This document shows positions 26,601-35,820 of a DNA stretch of 64,000 nt, piece by piece. The stretch is taken from positions 1-64,000 of IMG/VR virus record IMGVR_UViG_3300036795_000250. The stretch is one strand, 5' to 3'. Under the pieces are notes generated by a model, which worked only from the letters and a program-made list of their open reading frames with translations, made no database searches and was not told where the DNA came from. Numbering within the stretch: position 1 is the first letter of the stretch; every line of letters starts with the position of its first letter. The translations under genes were made by a program, and so were the position numbers. Source of the DNA: a virus.

Positions 26601-29486
26601 CAGGCGACGCAGGACGCGGCGACCGCACTTCTGAATGTGGGCCCTGACCTCCAAAAGCAGGCCGAACTGCTCGAAGCTGGCACGATACGTACCGACGCCC
26701 AAACTGCCGCCACCGCAGCGTTGGCACAAGGGATGACTGCTGGCGAGGCGACGGTCCAGGCTTACTCAGCAGGCGTCCTCGCCATGGGCAGTGCTTACTT
26801 GGCTGCCATTAAGCCTTCCGAGGACTTGGCCACTGCTCAGCAAACCTTGCAGTCCTCGATGAACGCCATTGTTGACACCGAGAGGACGAACGCGACAGCC
26901 GCCGCATCGGCGTATCAAGCATGGCAGTCGGCCATCAACGGTGTGACCACGGCGCAGAACTCTCTCGTCACCGCTCAACAAGGTGTCGCGGCAGCGCAGC
27001 ATGCGCAGACGGAAGCTGCCTACACCAGCCAGCAGGCGCAGGTCAGCTACACGCAGTCGGTGACAGCCGAGGCTCTGGCGGAGACGAATCTGGGCCTGGC
27101 GCAGAAGGCGGCGGCGCAGAACCTGATCGATCTGGGCCTCCAACTCAAAGATCAGGCCGACTCGCAGGCATCAGCTGAGCTGAAGCTGTATAACGCGCAG
27201 GTCGCTGTTAACAACGCGGGCCTGGCTCATACGACGCTGAGCCTGAACGATCTTAATGTTGCCGGTAAGGTCAATACCTCGAACGAGTCCCAATACCAGT
27301 TGCTATTGAACTTGTCGGAAGCGCAGAACGCGCTGAATGACACCCAGAACACTGGCGCACAGCTGACTGCGACGAACAACCTAGCGGTGTCGCAAGGCGT
27401 TGAGGGTGCTCCCAGCGTGGTCGCAGCTCATTTGAGTGTGACGGACGCTCAGGCTCAGGTGGCGGCGTCGGCCAAGGCAATGACTGACGCGCAATATGCC
27501 CAGCAGCAAGCTGTCGACGCAACAAAGCAGGCGGTGTTTAATCTCAGCCAGCAACAGATTGCATTGAAGACAGCTCAGAACAACGTCACGACCGCCCAGA
27601 ACACTAATGCTCAGGCTCAACTGCCGTTGCAGGCGAAGATCGGTGGCACCTCCGACGCCAGTATAGCGTTGAACACCCAAGTAACCAACATGTTCAACGC
27701 CTATGCTGCGCTGCATTCGCAGGACCCTAACCTGATTGCGGACTTTGAACAGCAGTACCAGACTATTACCGGCAGCAAAGGTCCTGTGGCAGGTCTGGAT
27801 GCGTGGCTCCAGAGGCTGACCGGTAACGGTGGCTTGAACGGAATCGTCGCCAACTACAGCGTGGTCGGCACGCCGAGCCTGAACCTGAACAACATCATCA
27901 CCCAAGCACAAGCACTGGGTATCAGCCCCTCCAGCCTCGGATTCAGCTCCGCCCAGATTCAAGGAGCACAGATCTCGGCCGGGAATCCGACCGCGACGGC
28001 GGGCGGGACCGTCAACGCGCAGGTGCCTGGCGGTGCGACCGGCGGCCAGATCGGCGGGGTGAGCCCGTCCAACACAGCGGACAACATTCCCTTGTGGGTC
28101 ACCGCTCGTGAGTGGATTCACCCAGTGGACGCGGTGGACTACTACGGCCCCGAGGTCATGGCCGCTGTCCAGAAGCGCCAGATCCCCAAAGAGCTCTTCA
28201 CATTCGCCAAAGCTGCGGCCCAGGGTTGGGATGGAGCAGCTATCACCCGGGCACTTCAGGCCCCCGGCATGGCGGCTGGAGGCTCGGTCGGGACCGTGCA
28301 GTCGTGGCTCCAGAACGTCGCGGGCTCCAAGCCCTATGTCTGGGGCGGAGTAGGACCCGACTCCTATGACTGCTCGGGTCTAGTGGGAGAGGTCTATAAC
28401 CAACTGCGAGGACTGCCGTCAGACCACCGAGTGTTCACGACCTCCAACGAAGAACAGTTCTTCACCCCCGGCAAGGGCACCTTCACCGTCGGCATCAACC
28501 CTGGCGTGCACACAGCGGGGAACCTGGGTGGTCTCGCGTTCGAGGCAGCCAGCCCCACCAGCGGCATCCACATCGGCGCCAGTGCTCAAAGCGTCGACAA
28601 CTTCCCGGTCGTCATGTACCTGCCGCTGGAAGGCAGCACCTTCACTCCGGGTGGCTCCGGCGTGGGCTCGGGCGTGGGATCCGGGCCGTCAGTGGCCGAT
28701 GCGCGGAAGTTGTGGGGCGCCAACTTCAAAGAGGCAGCCGCTCAGGTCATGGGTCAGACCGTCATCGACACCATGAAGTCGATGGGCGCGTCGAACATCC
28801 CTCGTGGTCTCGCTCCGAGCAATGCCAACGCCCAGATCGACTTCGGCGCGTTTGTGCCTTCTGTGGGTGGAGGCGCTGCCGGCCCGATCCCTACTGGGCA
28901 ACACCGGGCCATCATCGACGCGGCCTTGGCGGCTGACAGTGTCCCGGCGAATCAGTGGCCTGCCTGGGAAGCCGGTATGAACACGCTGATTCAGCGTGAA
29001 TCCAGCTGGAACCCCAACGCTATCAATCTGACTGACGCTAACGCCCGAGCAGGCCACCCGAGCGAGGGGCTTGCTCAGATGATCGCTGGGACCTTCGAGG
29101 CGAACCGTAACAGGTCCCTACCAGACAATGTTCTAGATCCTGAAGCCAATGTGGCGGCGGCCATCAATTACATCGACACGCGATACGGCGGTATCGGCAA
29201 CGTCCAGCAGGCCAACCCGAATCTTCCACCGAAGGGTTATGCACTCGGTGGCCAAGTTTTCGATCCCAGCATGCTCTACGCCGGACTCAGCACGAGCATG
29301 CCGAAGTTTGCTGCGGGCGGCCAGGCCGTGATGCCTCCGGTCGCTGCGTCGAATCCGCTGACGGTAGGCAAGAGTGGCTTGACCATCGACGGCAATATCA
29401 CCGTGAACAACCCGGTGAGAGAGCCATCGGCGAAGAGCTTGCGCCGCAAGCTGGAGCTGTTCGCGACTCTGGGTGAAAGAGGGTGA
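23655..29486 (+). CDS. Tape measure protein with C-terminal NlpC/P60 and lytic transglycosylase domains
   Basis: 1943 aa, Ala-rich; KPYVWGG..PDSYDCSGL..HT; RESSWNPNAIN..GLAQ..TF..DPEANVAAAINY. Confidence 0.93.
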   Translation: MPDAEKLIVYRAVADFADLIAQAKLAQEELKKLEDQQNKTLSGGGVGSSAAAAASAKTLADSVQQVSARTAEHAAAVQSDKVAQDANTASRAAATTAAATETKAVQGSSAAKDVETKSITGATAARAAETVSRKSAADAAATETKAVQGSSTAKDVETKSTQSQTAALTGSTKAIGDNVQANVANVSAVAAHADALDRENARLERNRQAIEKSGISVKQYNQTLRNLSGNLAKLSETSTSAGVMGIPSAGGGAPGAGSTGSATLPVSEMDKWLVEQNRLRNTGQLRDGGVGGVAVPSDLKPGSAPEGDLTKISGSFSGSDLLANVTTTSKANQDAFDKTFKTIEGDIESFSGSFNGADLLTHVTTISKANQEAFDKTFKTIEGDIEGFSGSFSSTDLLSKATTNSKAELDSFEKFYKDTQASVKKYADDLGNDTLDRFVPDLSGGGGGGGGSGGSGGSSGSRGGGGGGSNSALGSLLPGPTAAAPVVGAAAAAGAGALGGVALSTIPALFLAIGVAAEKSNTQVSSAFDQMLLAAKQTTTAGFEPMIPALVSVAKQATSTLGGLEPVFNQAAHAMTPLIEAVGAGFLQAAKQGIGAAVPILQSLGPLATAIGGGFVQVEQAIMGFFKNIDVGAAADGLKALGGLLQALAPDVGTLISALAPLGSVFLNITSLLLNGLEPALKTIAALVNIPGIPYLVAAFGALEVASKLLSGSWINFSSIMKTFKSDADSSTSTMSTLGQQFGVTAGAAKDAADKTLQHAASLAQLQKNADASAVSVANLAVDTARNADASQGSAKYVSDLDNALLSQRQATDKATQSAKDYESAAKAASEGSNTFSSALKGIAGGLAIGVALTAVDIVVQHFADNAARAAQYTADIQTAASATASVLGTYGSAVDAQSIAAEKAAIAGQDWVKVLTDEGLSLDTVAKASLNSLPDLLEVIKTSEEAAAAAEKKLDFQGATADFASILTIEKQYTQAQKDAAQATQDAATALLNVGPDLQKQAELLEAGTIRTDAQTAATAALAQGMTAGEATVQAYSAGVLAMGSAYLAAIKPSEDLATAQQTLQSSMNAIVDTERTNATAAASAYQAWQSAINGVTTAQNSLVTAQQGVAAAQHAQTEAAYTSQQAQVSYTQSVTAEALAETNLGLAQKAAAQNLIDLGLQLKDQADSQASAELKLYNAQVAVNNAGLAHTTLSLNDLNVAGKVNTSNESQYQLLLNLSEAQNALNDTQNTGAQLTATNNLAVSQGVEGAPSVVAAHLSVTDAQAQVAASAKAMTDAQYAQQQAVDATKQAVFNLSQQQIALKTAQNNVTTAQNTNAQAQLPLQAKIGGTSDASIALNTQVTNMFNAYAALHSQDPNLIADFEQQYQTITGSKGPVAGLDAWLQRLTGNGGLNGIVANYSVVGTPSLNLNNIITQAQALGISPSSLGFSSAQIQGAQISAGNPTATAGGTVNAQVPGGATGGQIGGVSPSNTADNIPLWVTAREWIHPVDAVDYYGPEVMAAVQKRQIPKELFTFAKAAAQGWDGAAITRALQAPGMAAGGSVGTVQSWLQNVAGSKPYVWGGVGPDSYDCSGLVGEVYNQLRGLPSDHRVFTTSNEEQFFTPGKGTFTVGINPGVHTAGNLGGLAFEAASPTSGIHIGASAQSVDNFPVVMYLPLEGSTFTPGGSGVGSGVGSGPSVADARKLWGANFKEAAAQVMGQTVIDTMKSMGASNIPRGLAPSNANAQIDFGAFVPSVGGGAAGPIPTGQHRAIIDAALAADSVPANQWPAWEAGMNTLIQRESSWNPNAINLTDANARAGHPSEGLAQMIAGTFEANRNRSLPDNVLDPEANVAAAINYIDTRYGGIGNVQQANPNLPPKGYALGGQVFDPSMLYAGLSTSMPKFAAGGQAVMPPVAASNPLTVGKSGLTIDGNITVNNPVREPSAKSLRRKLELFATLGERG

Positions 29487-29490
29487 GCCT

Positions 29491-30384
29491 GTGACATCAG
29501 CCGAAGACCTCATGCGCGCCGTATCCACCACCGACGAGTTCTGGGATATCGACGGCGTCAGCCTGAACCAGTACGGCTGGAACATCAAGACGTTCGGCGG
29601 CTCGCGCTACGACCTCCCCCCTCGTCGTGGCACGAACATCACCTTCGCCTACCGGCCGGGTCAGGTCCATGTCGTGAAGACAGCGGACTCGCGCCCGATC
29701 ACCCTGTCCATGTGGCTGGCCGGCTGCGACCCGGTGTCCGGAGCCCCGGTGAGCGATGCCACGTTGCAGTACAACGACTCGTGGGACTTCATCCGCCGTT
29801 TGGTGTGGAAGCCGAATGGCTCGCAGATCCAACTGACGCGACGGTGGCGGCTCACGTCCGCGCTCGGCCTCGGCACACCCACGCTGCGGGCCACCGGCCT
29901 GGCCGAGATCACGGATGCGATGACGCCGACGATGACCGGCCGTATCCGCACGGACTTCGTCATGGACCTGTTGATGGCCGACCCGTTCTTCTATGGCGCC
30001 GTCGAGGCAGTGGAGATCGCGCTGGGGCGCTCGCTGTCGGTGTTCAACCGTGGGCACGATGTCGCGGCCTACACCGGCATGTCGATTATTTTGACTGGCC
30101 CGCTTATCCATCCCGTGACGTTGACCAACTACTCCACCAATCCGGCAGTCTCGGTCACCTACAACGGAGACATCGGCATCGGCCAGAGCGTGGGACTGAA
30201 CGTCAGCCAGTTTCAGGCAAGCTTGGTGACGCCTGGGTCGCCGACCACCAACGTCATCGGGAACGTGTCGCACCTAGGTTCCCGCAACTGGTTTGGCCTT
30301 ATGCCAGGCGACAACGCCTTGAGCTTTCAAGATGGCGGCGGGTCGGGCAGCGCTCAACTCTTGTGGCAACCACCGTACGTGTGA
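29491..30384 (+). CDS. Distal tail protein (Dit-like)
   Basis: Follows tape measure; ADPFFYG, L.PGDN.L motifs. Confidence 0.75.
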   Translation: MTSAEDLMRAVSTTDEFWDIDGVSLNQYGWNIKTFGGSRYDLPPRRGTNITFAYRPGQVHVVKTADSRPITLSMWLAGCDPVSGAPVSDATLQYNDSWDFIRRLVWKPNGSQIQLTRRWRLTSALGLGTPTLRATGLAEITDAMTPTMTGRIRTDFVMDLLMADPFFYGAVEAVEIALGRSLSVFNRGHDVAAYTGMSIILTGPLIHPVTLTNYSTNPAVSVTYNGDIGIGQSVGLNVSQFQASLVTPGSPTTNVIGNVSHLGSRNWFGLMPGDNALSFQDGGGSGSAQLLWQPPYV

Positions 30385-30396
30385 AGGGAGGTAGTG

Positions 30397-30975
30397 ATGA
30401 CTCAGGCATATATGTACGGCAAGGCGCTGATGCGTTTTGGTGGGGCTGACACGAGCATCGGCGGGACGTTAGACCTAACCGGAAACAAGACCTACACGGT
30501 GGCCTTGGTGAAGGCTGCTTACAACCTGTCTGCCGATGTCTTAGCCAATCAGGAGTACGTGAGCCAGGGCACTATCTATGACGTAGCGTCGAATGAAGTC
30601 TCTGGCGGCTTGGGCTACATGCGTACCAACCTGACTATGCCTAGGCTTTCGTTCATTGCTGGCGTGCCAGGGGACATCAGCAATAAAGCTAGTTTTAGCG
30701 ACACATCAGGCGCCCCTACATTCTTCATCAACTTTACCGGCGTGTTCCGTTACGCAGTTCTGTTCCAGAACAATGGCGTGGATGCTACGTCGCCGTTGGT
30801 GATGGTGGTGGACTTCGAGCAGGAGTTCACGATCTCCGCTGCTAACTTCGTCATCGACTGGGACATCGCTGGTATCTTTCAGTTCAAAGCCGTCGCGACG
30901 ACGGCGCTGCCCACGACCACAGGCGCGCCGGGTACGGCATTCCCCATCACACTGCCGGTTTCCATCGGTGCATAA
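30397..30975 (+). CDS. Minor tail protein
   Basis: GGAGG RBS; NEVSG..GY, RYAVL motifs. Confidence 0.7.
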   Translation: MTQAYMYGKALMRFGGADTSIGGTLDLTGNKTYTVALVKAAYNLSADVLANQEYVSQGTIYDVASNEVSGGLGYMRTNLTMPRLSFIAGVPGDISNKASFSDTSGAPTFFINFTGVFRYAVLFQNNGVDATSPLVMVVDFEQEFTISAANFVIDWDIAGIFQFKAVATTALPTTTGAPGTAFPITLPVSIGA

Positions 30976-30990
30976 GAGAGGTGAACCACG

Positions 30991-31974
30991 GTGGCAAACA
31001 CGGTGATTGTTTCCACGGTCACGCCTAATATGGTGAGTGAGCCGTTTGCGCTTCAGGCAGCAGGTGTCGATACGCCTGTGCAGTATACGGCTGGCGCTGT
31101 TCGCGGATTGCTGGATGGTCTCTACACTCCCGGCGCGTTCGGTCAGTCCTTCCAGGTCACCCAGCGCGGGGCCGGCGCCAATTTCTCGGTGGACGTATCC
31201 AGCGGGTTCGTTGGCATAGCCGGTGGAGACATTGCCAACCAAGGCAAGTACCTGGTCGATGGCATTGGCGTCGTGAACGTGCCGACGCCAGCCGCTCCCG
31301 GCTCCGGCACTCGGATCCACCGCGTCATCGCCCGGGTGCGCGACAAGCAGTCCAGCGGGACGTACACCACCTATGACTGGACGTTCGAGTTGCTGGAGGA
31401 CACCGGGGGTGGCACGCCAGCGACTCCGGTGTCAGCTCTGTCGCTGGCCTACGTGACCATCGCGTCCGGTCAAGCGAGCGTGACGACGGCGAACATCGTG
31501 GATGATCGTGTTCAGGCACGTGCTGCTGCGGCGTGGTACGCCGAGGCGAAGTTCACCACGACCTCGTTTACTCTGTCCTCAGGAAATAGCGGCACCGGCC
31601 CCGACTGGCATGCTTCCGTCGACCCGCATGCACTCTGGACAGCAGGAAGCCCTGGGTTCTTCACTGTCCCCTTCAACGGGAAGTGGGATCTGACCTTCGA
31701 AGTGTTCATGGACAGTGCCACGACGGGAGCACTGTTCCAGGCGAAGATCTGCCGAAACGCTGCGGCTGACACCAGCATGGTGGGCGTGCGGAGCGAACTG
31801 GCGATGGGCTCGGCAGGAGTGAACAGTCTCAAGGCTCAGAAGCGCCTCGACTTGGTAGCGGGTGACAAAGTCTACTTTATGATTTATGTCAGCACTTCCA
31901 GCACGATCTACGCCACCTACTTCAGCACGCAACTCTGCTCGCAGATGTCGATGTCTTATGCAGGCGTTGGGTGA
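30991..31974 (+). CDS. Minor tail protein
   Basis: ANFSVDVSSG, RIHRVIARVRDK, LSLAYV..I.D.R, as in actinophage minor tail proteins. Confidence 0.75.
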   Translation: MANTVIVSTVTPNMVSEPFALQAAGVDTPVQYTAGAVRGLLDGLYTPGAFGQSFQVTQRGAGANFSVDVSSGFVGIAGGDIANQGKYLVDGIGVVNVPTPAAPGSGTRIHRVIARVRDKQSSGTYTTYDWTFELLEDTGGGTPATPVSALSLAYVTIASGQASVTTANIVDDRVQARAAAAWYAEAKFTTTSFTLSSGNSGTGPDWHASVDPHALWTAGSPGFFTVPFNGKWDLTFEVFMDSATTGALFQAKICRNAAADTSMVGVRSELAMGSAGVNSLKAQKRLDLVAGDKVYFMIYVSTSSTIYATYFSTQLCSQMSMSYAGVG

Positions 31975-32027
31975 TATGCGGTCGAGGCTAATACGTACGT
32001 TAGCCAATCACTAGGGAGTGGATTAAC

Positions 32028-32510
32028 ATCGGAAACATCGTCTTCGACGTCGCCAAGGGCCGCGTCAACGAATACATCCACCGAGTGTTCGTCGAGGATC
32101 CGGCTAACGCTGTGATTGTTCTCGTCGCGATTCAGACCTCGGGTATTCAGGCCGATGGGACGCTCAAGCGGTATCTCACGTTAGGAGCTCTCCTGGGCTC
32201 GACCAATCTGGAGGCGACCAACACTGGCTATGCGCGCAAGTCGCTCAGCAACTCGGTGATCACTGATGTCACCGTCGACAACACGGTCAGCGACTTGGCC
32301 AAGTCCGCCATTCCCAACCAGACCTGGTCGGCAGTTCAGGCTACCGGCGGTGCTTGGTCGAAGTTGCTGGTCTGTTTTCGTCCTGACTCGACGAGTGGTA
32401 CCGACGCGAGCATTGTGCCGCTCACCGCACACGACTTCATCGTCACGCCGGACGGGAACGACATCATCGCTTCGTTTAACGCGTCTACCGGCTTCTTTTC
32501 CGCAGCGTGA
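32028..32510 (+). CDS. Virion protein, probably ATC-initiated
   Basis: GGGAG 9 nt before ATC; in-frame GNIVFDVAKGRVNEY precedes the tracked ORF at 32085. Confidence 0.65.
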   Translation: MGNIVFDVAKGRVNEYIHRVFVEDPANAVIVLVAIQTSGIQADGTLKRYLTLGALLGSTNLEATNTGYARKSLSNSVITDVTVDNTVSDLAKSAIPNQTWSAVQATGGAWSKLLVCFRPDSTSGTDASIVPLTAHDFIVTPDGNDIIASFNASTGFFSAA

Positions 32511-32536
32511 GTTGGTGTTGCTAAGGAGATCACCTC

Positions 32537-35512
32537 GTGGTTCTGGGCATCACGTTCCCGATCACGCTGCCGCTAGCAATCCCGGCTGCGGTAGCTGACG
32601 CGGATACGGGGGCGGGAGCCGATGGGACAAGTCTGGGTGTTGCGGGCAGTACAGATGTAGGCGCGAGCGTTGACAGCGCGAGTATCAAGGTCGTGTCGCT
32701 GTTTGTTGGTCTCACATCGGAGACTGACTCCGCGAGCGCTGTCGCGCCGCAGCACTCGGTGCTGGTGAGGACGGCATCAGAGTCTGAGGCTGTCTTCGCA
32801 GTATTCCCTCAGATACCCGTTGCGTACGATACGGAGACCGCTCAACCCGTATCCCCACAACAATCTGTGCAGGTCTCGGCAGCAGTAGGTGCTGATGCTG
32901 CCTTCGGCGTGGCAGCCGTACATTCGGTCCGTGTTGTTGCCGCCTCGGAGTCGGACAGTGTATCGGCGGTCTCCGTAGCGAATGTCTCGGTCCTCGCCGC
33001 CACGGAGGTCGACGCTGTTTCAGCGGTCAGCCCTTCGCATGTCGCACACATCGTCACGGCCACCGAGACGGACAGCAGCATCGGCGTACCAGCCGCTCAC
33101 TCCGTTCTTGTTCGTGCTGCCACGGAGCAAGACTCAACGTTCGTCGTCAAGCTCCCCTTTGTGACTGCCGTTTTCACGTCCGAGGTGGACACAGCGCTTG
33201 CTGCTCATGCGGCGCACAGCGTATCCGTCGTGTCCACGCCCAGCGACAACGAGCACGCGCAGCCGATGTCGGTTGTCCGAGGGGTTTCGGTAGGCGTCCC
33301 GGGCTACGTGGAGACCGCTCAAGTCGTGGGCGTTATCCACAACCACGTTGTGGCGGTGGGAGTCGCTCATGATGTCGAGGTAGCTGAAAACATCCCGGTC
33401 AGCAATTCTCACATCGTTGTGGTGGGTACGGCGGCTGAGACCGAGACTGTCGGCGTTGTACTCCAGACGCACTCGCACACGATCCCGGTCGCGGCTGCGT
33501 ACTCCGGCATCGTCTCAGGGTTTGTCTACCCAAGCTCCACCACGTTCCCCAGCTCGACGCTGTACGGCGGCAGCACCGTGGCGGGAGCCGACCGTGCGTT
33601 CCCGGTCATTCCTGCGAGGAAGTCAGCTGCTCCGCCGCTGATGGACGTGACGATCACGGCGATCGCACCGTGGTCGTACCCCTTGCAGCCCGCTCCGCTG
33701 TTGACCGTTGAGTTTGACACGTTCATCCCGTCTGCTCGCATCTCCTATGGTGACGAGCTGTCGTTGCAGCCGGTCGGGTTTGAGGTACGCGTCTTGGCTG
33801 CACCGACCTACAGCACTGTGCTCGCGATTATCGCGGACTGGTCAGAGTTGGTGTTCGGTCCGGCGTTGTCGGCCGAGGGCAATGGCTCGGTCACCATGAG
33901 CTTGGACTCTCCATTTTGGCTGACGACACTGCCCGGGGGCCTGGCGGCCACCGCATTGTTGGACGACGAGCATCTATGGGAGGTCTGGGAAAACGGTCAA
34001 TGCCGGTTCCAATTCCTCGGGATGACCGTCCAAGAAGAGATCTTGGAAGCGTCGGGAGGGCACGCGGTCTCGGTGTCCGGGCCAGGAACGGCGGAGGTGC
34101 TCAAGTGGGCGCAGATCTTTCCGCCAGCTTTCCCCGCGATGACAGGAGATCTCGGGCTCAACTGGCAGTTCAACATGCTGGGAACTCCGTCAACCAGCTC
34201 AATGGACTGCTGGCTCCAACTGCTCCAGGCTGCACAGGGCCGAGGCACCATCCCGTTCGTTGATCCCCAGTTCACTACCACCACGGACTCGAACGGCGCT
34301 CCGTGGTCGGATATCGGCATCGCTGGGCCCTGGCTCCCGGTTCTGGGTATCGACCTGTTGGCCGCGTTGAACACCGCGACCGGGCAAGACACCAGCACGG
34401 GACAGACCGGCACCTCTGGTCAGGACTCCACCGCGTCCGTGACTCTGGTGGCCGACTGGAAGATGCTGCCGCAGTTCAAGTTGCTGGCGGCTCCGGTGCT
34501 GGGCACGCATAAAGAAGACACAGTCATCTTCTATGACAACAACAGCAACGTCACTCGGACGCGGGTGCGCAGCCGACAGAGCATCGCGAACTATGAAGCG
34601 GTCATCGTGAACAGCGTCATCGACTACTCGCTGGTCACAGATTCCACCTCGATCGCGAAGTGGAACCAGCGTGAAATGCTGTCGTACAACGAGGCCATGA
34701 CTGATCCAGCTCAGCGAGATGCGCTGGCGACCGCGTTGCTGGATGGGCAAAGCGACGAGCAGTCTGAGTGGGTGCTGGCCGTCGCATACGGCGTGAAGGG
34801 CAGGATGCCGTTTGTTGACTTCGACGTCGGCGATTGGATCGGGGTCGAGCAGTACTCCCCGACTGGTGTGGACCCGCTGACAGGCACCCCGACCGGCGGC
34901 ACGACGGTCGTGGAGTCCAACCGAGTCGTCGCTATCGTGATTCAGGTGAGCGCCGATAACACCGTGTCGATGGAGCTGACGCTGAACAGCACCCTCACCT
35001 CGTGGCAATCCGCTATCCAGCAGAACATTGCTCGGGCGCTGACGATTGCCAACACAGTGCCGCCCGGGTTCGGCACCAACCAGGCCAGCTATAGCTCATA
35101 CAGCGCTACCGTTTCGCCCACTACGGTGTCGACGTTGATCGGCGGATGGGTCGAGACGAGCAGCCCGTCCAACACTCACGTGAGTGTGGATAGTGGCGGG
35201 TTTCCCAGCGTGCCCGGGAGCACTGCGCTGACGATTCAAGACTCTGGCTCATACGCCATCACCCTCCAAGCCGCCGACACGCCAGGTGCAGGTGGTGATT
35301 GGGTTGTGAGGTTGACGTACAACAGCTTTGATTCTTACGCTCCTGCAACGCAAATGGTCTTGTATGTAGGGTCTACTGTCGTTGCTACTTCCCCGAGTGT
35401 TAGTCAAGCGATCTATATTCCGCGCGGTGGGTATTTGACCTTCTCTGTACAGGGCACCGCGTCGTCGCCGTCAGGGCAGCAGGTAGTTCTGGACGTGTTG
35501 AAAGTGAGCTAG
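32537..35512 (+). CDS. Minor tail/baseplate hub protein with long N-terminal repeat stalk
   Basis: A.E.D.A repeats in ~370 N-terminal aa; hub-like L...GNGSVTM, DFDVGDWI, RVVAI. Confidence 0.75.
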   Translation: MVLGITFPITLPLAIPAAVADADTGAGADGTSLGVAGSTDVGASVDSASIKVVSLFVGLTSETDSASAVAPQHSVLVRTASESEAVFAVFPQIPVAYDTETAQPVSPQQSVQVSAAVGADAAFGVAAVHSVRVVAASESDSVSAVSVANVSVLAATEVDAVSAVSPSHVAHIVTATETDSSIGVPAAHSVLVRAATEQDSTFVVKLPFVTAVFTSEVDTALAAHAAHSVSVVSTPSDNEHAQPMSVVRGVSVGVPGYVETAQVVGVIHNHVVAVGVAHDVEVAENIPVSNSHIVVVGTAAETETVGVVLQTHSHTIPVAAAYSGIVSGFVYPSSTTFPSSTLYGGSTVAGADRAFPVIPARKSAAPPLMDVTITAIAPWSYPLQPAPLLTVEFDTFIPSARISYGDELSLQPVGFEVRVLAAPTYSTVLAIIADWSELVFGPALSAEGNGSVTMSLDSPFWLTTLPGGLAATALLDDEHLWEVWENGQCRFQFLGMTVQEEILEASGGHAVSVSGPGTAEVLKWAQIFPPAFPAMTGDLGLNWQFNMLGTPSTSSMDCWLQLLQAAQGRGTIPFVDPQFTTTTDSNGAPWSDIGIAGPWLPVLGIDLLAALNTATGQDTSTGQTGTSGQDSTASVTLVADWKMLPQFKLLAAPVLGTHKEDTVIFYDNNSNVTRTRVRSRQSIANYEAVIVNSVIDYSLVTDSTSIAKWNQREMLSYNEAMTDPAQRDALATALLDGQSDEQSEWVLAVAYGVKGRMPFVDFDVGDWIGVEQYSPTGVDPLTGTPTGGTTVVESNRVVAIVIQVSADNTVSMELTLNSTLTSWQSAIQQNIARALTIANTVPPGFGTNQASYSSYSATVSPTTVSTLIGGWVETSSPSNTHVSVDSGGFPSVPGSTALTIQDSGSYAITLQAADTPGAGGDWVVRLTYNSFDSYAPATQMVLYVGSTVVATSPSVSQAIYIPRGGYLTFSVQGTASSPSGQQVVLDVLKVS

Positions 35513-35820
35513 ACCGTCGCGGGCGCGTGTATGCTCGACACCAGCACAGATGTCCCATGCTGTGTGTCTGGCCGCGAAGGATCCGGCCCGAGCCTCCGGG
35601 ATAGCCGCTGTGGAGGTTAACAACAATGGTTGCTAGCTTTGTCGCGTTAAGATATGAAGCCCTCAAAGCGTTCCGCACCGACGATTCGTACGCTGTTTTA
35701 ATCGCACGCACCGCTGTCGTGATAGGTCGTAAGCGCTGCGCCCGGGGATCACACCCGCAGCTGGCACCAGATCGCCCGCTATCCATGCGTGAGAACGCGT
35801 CCTGAGAGGGTATCTCGCAG

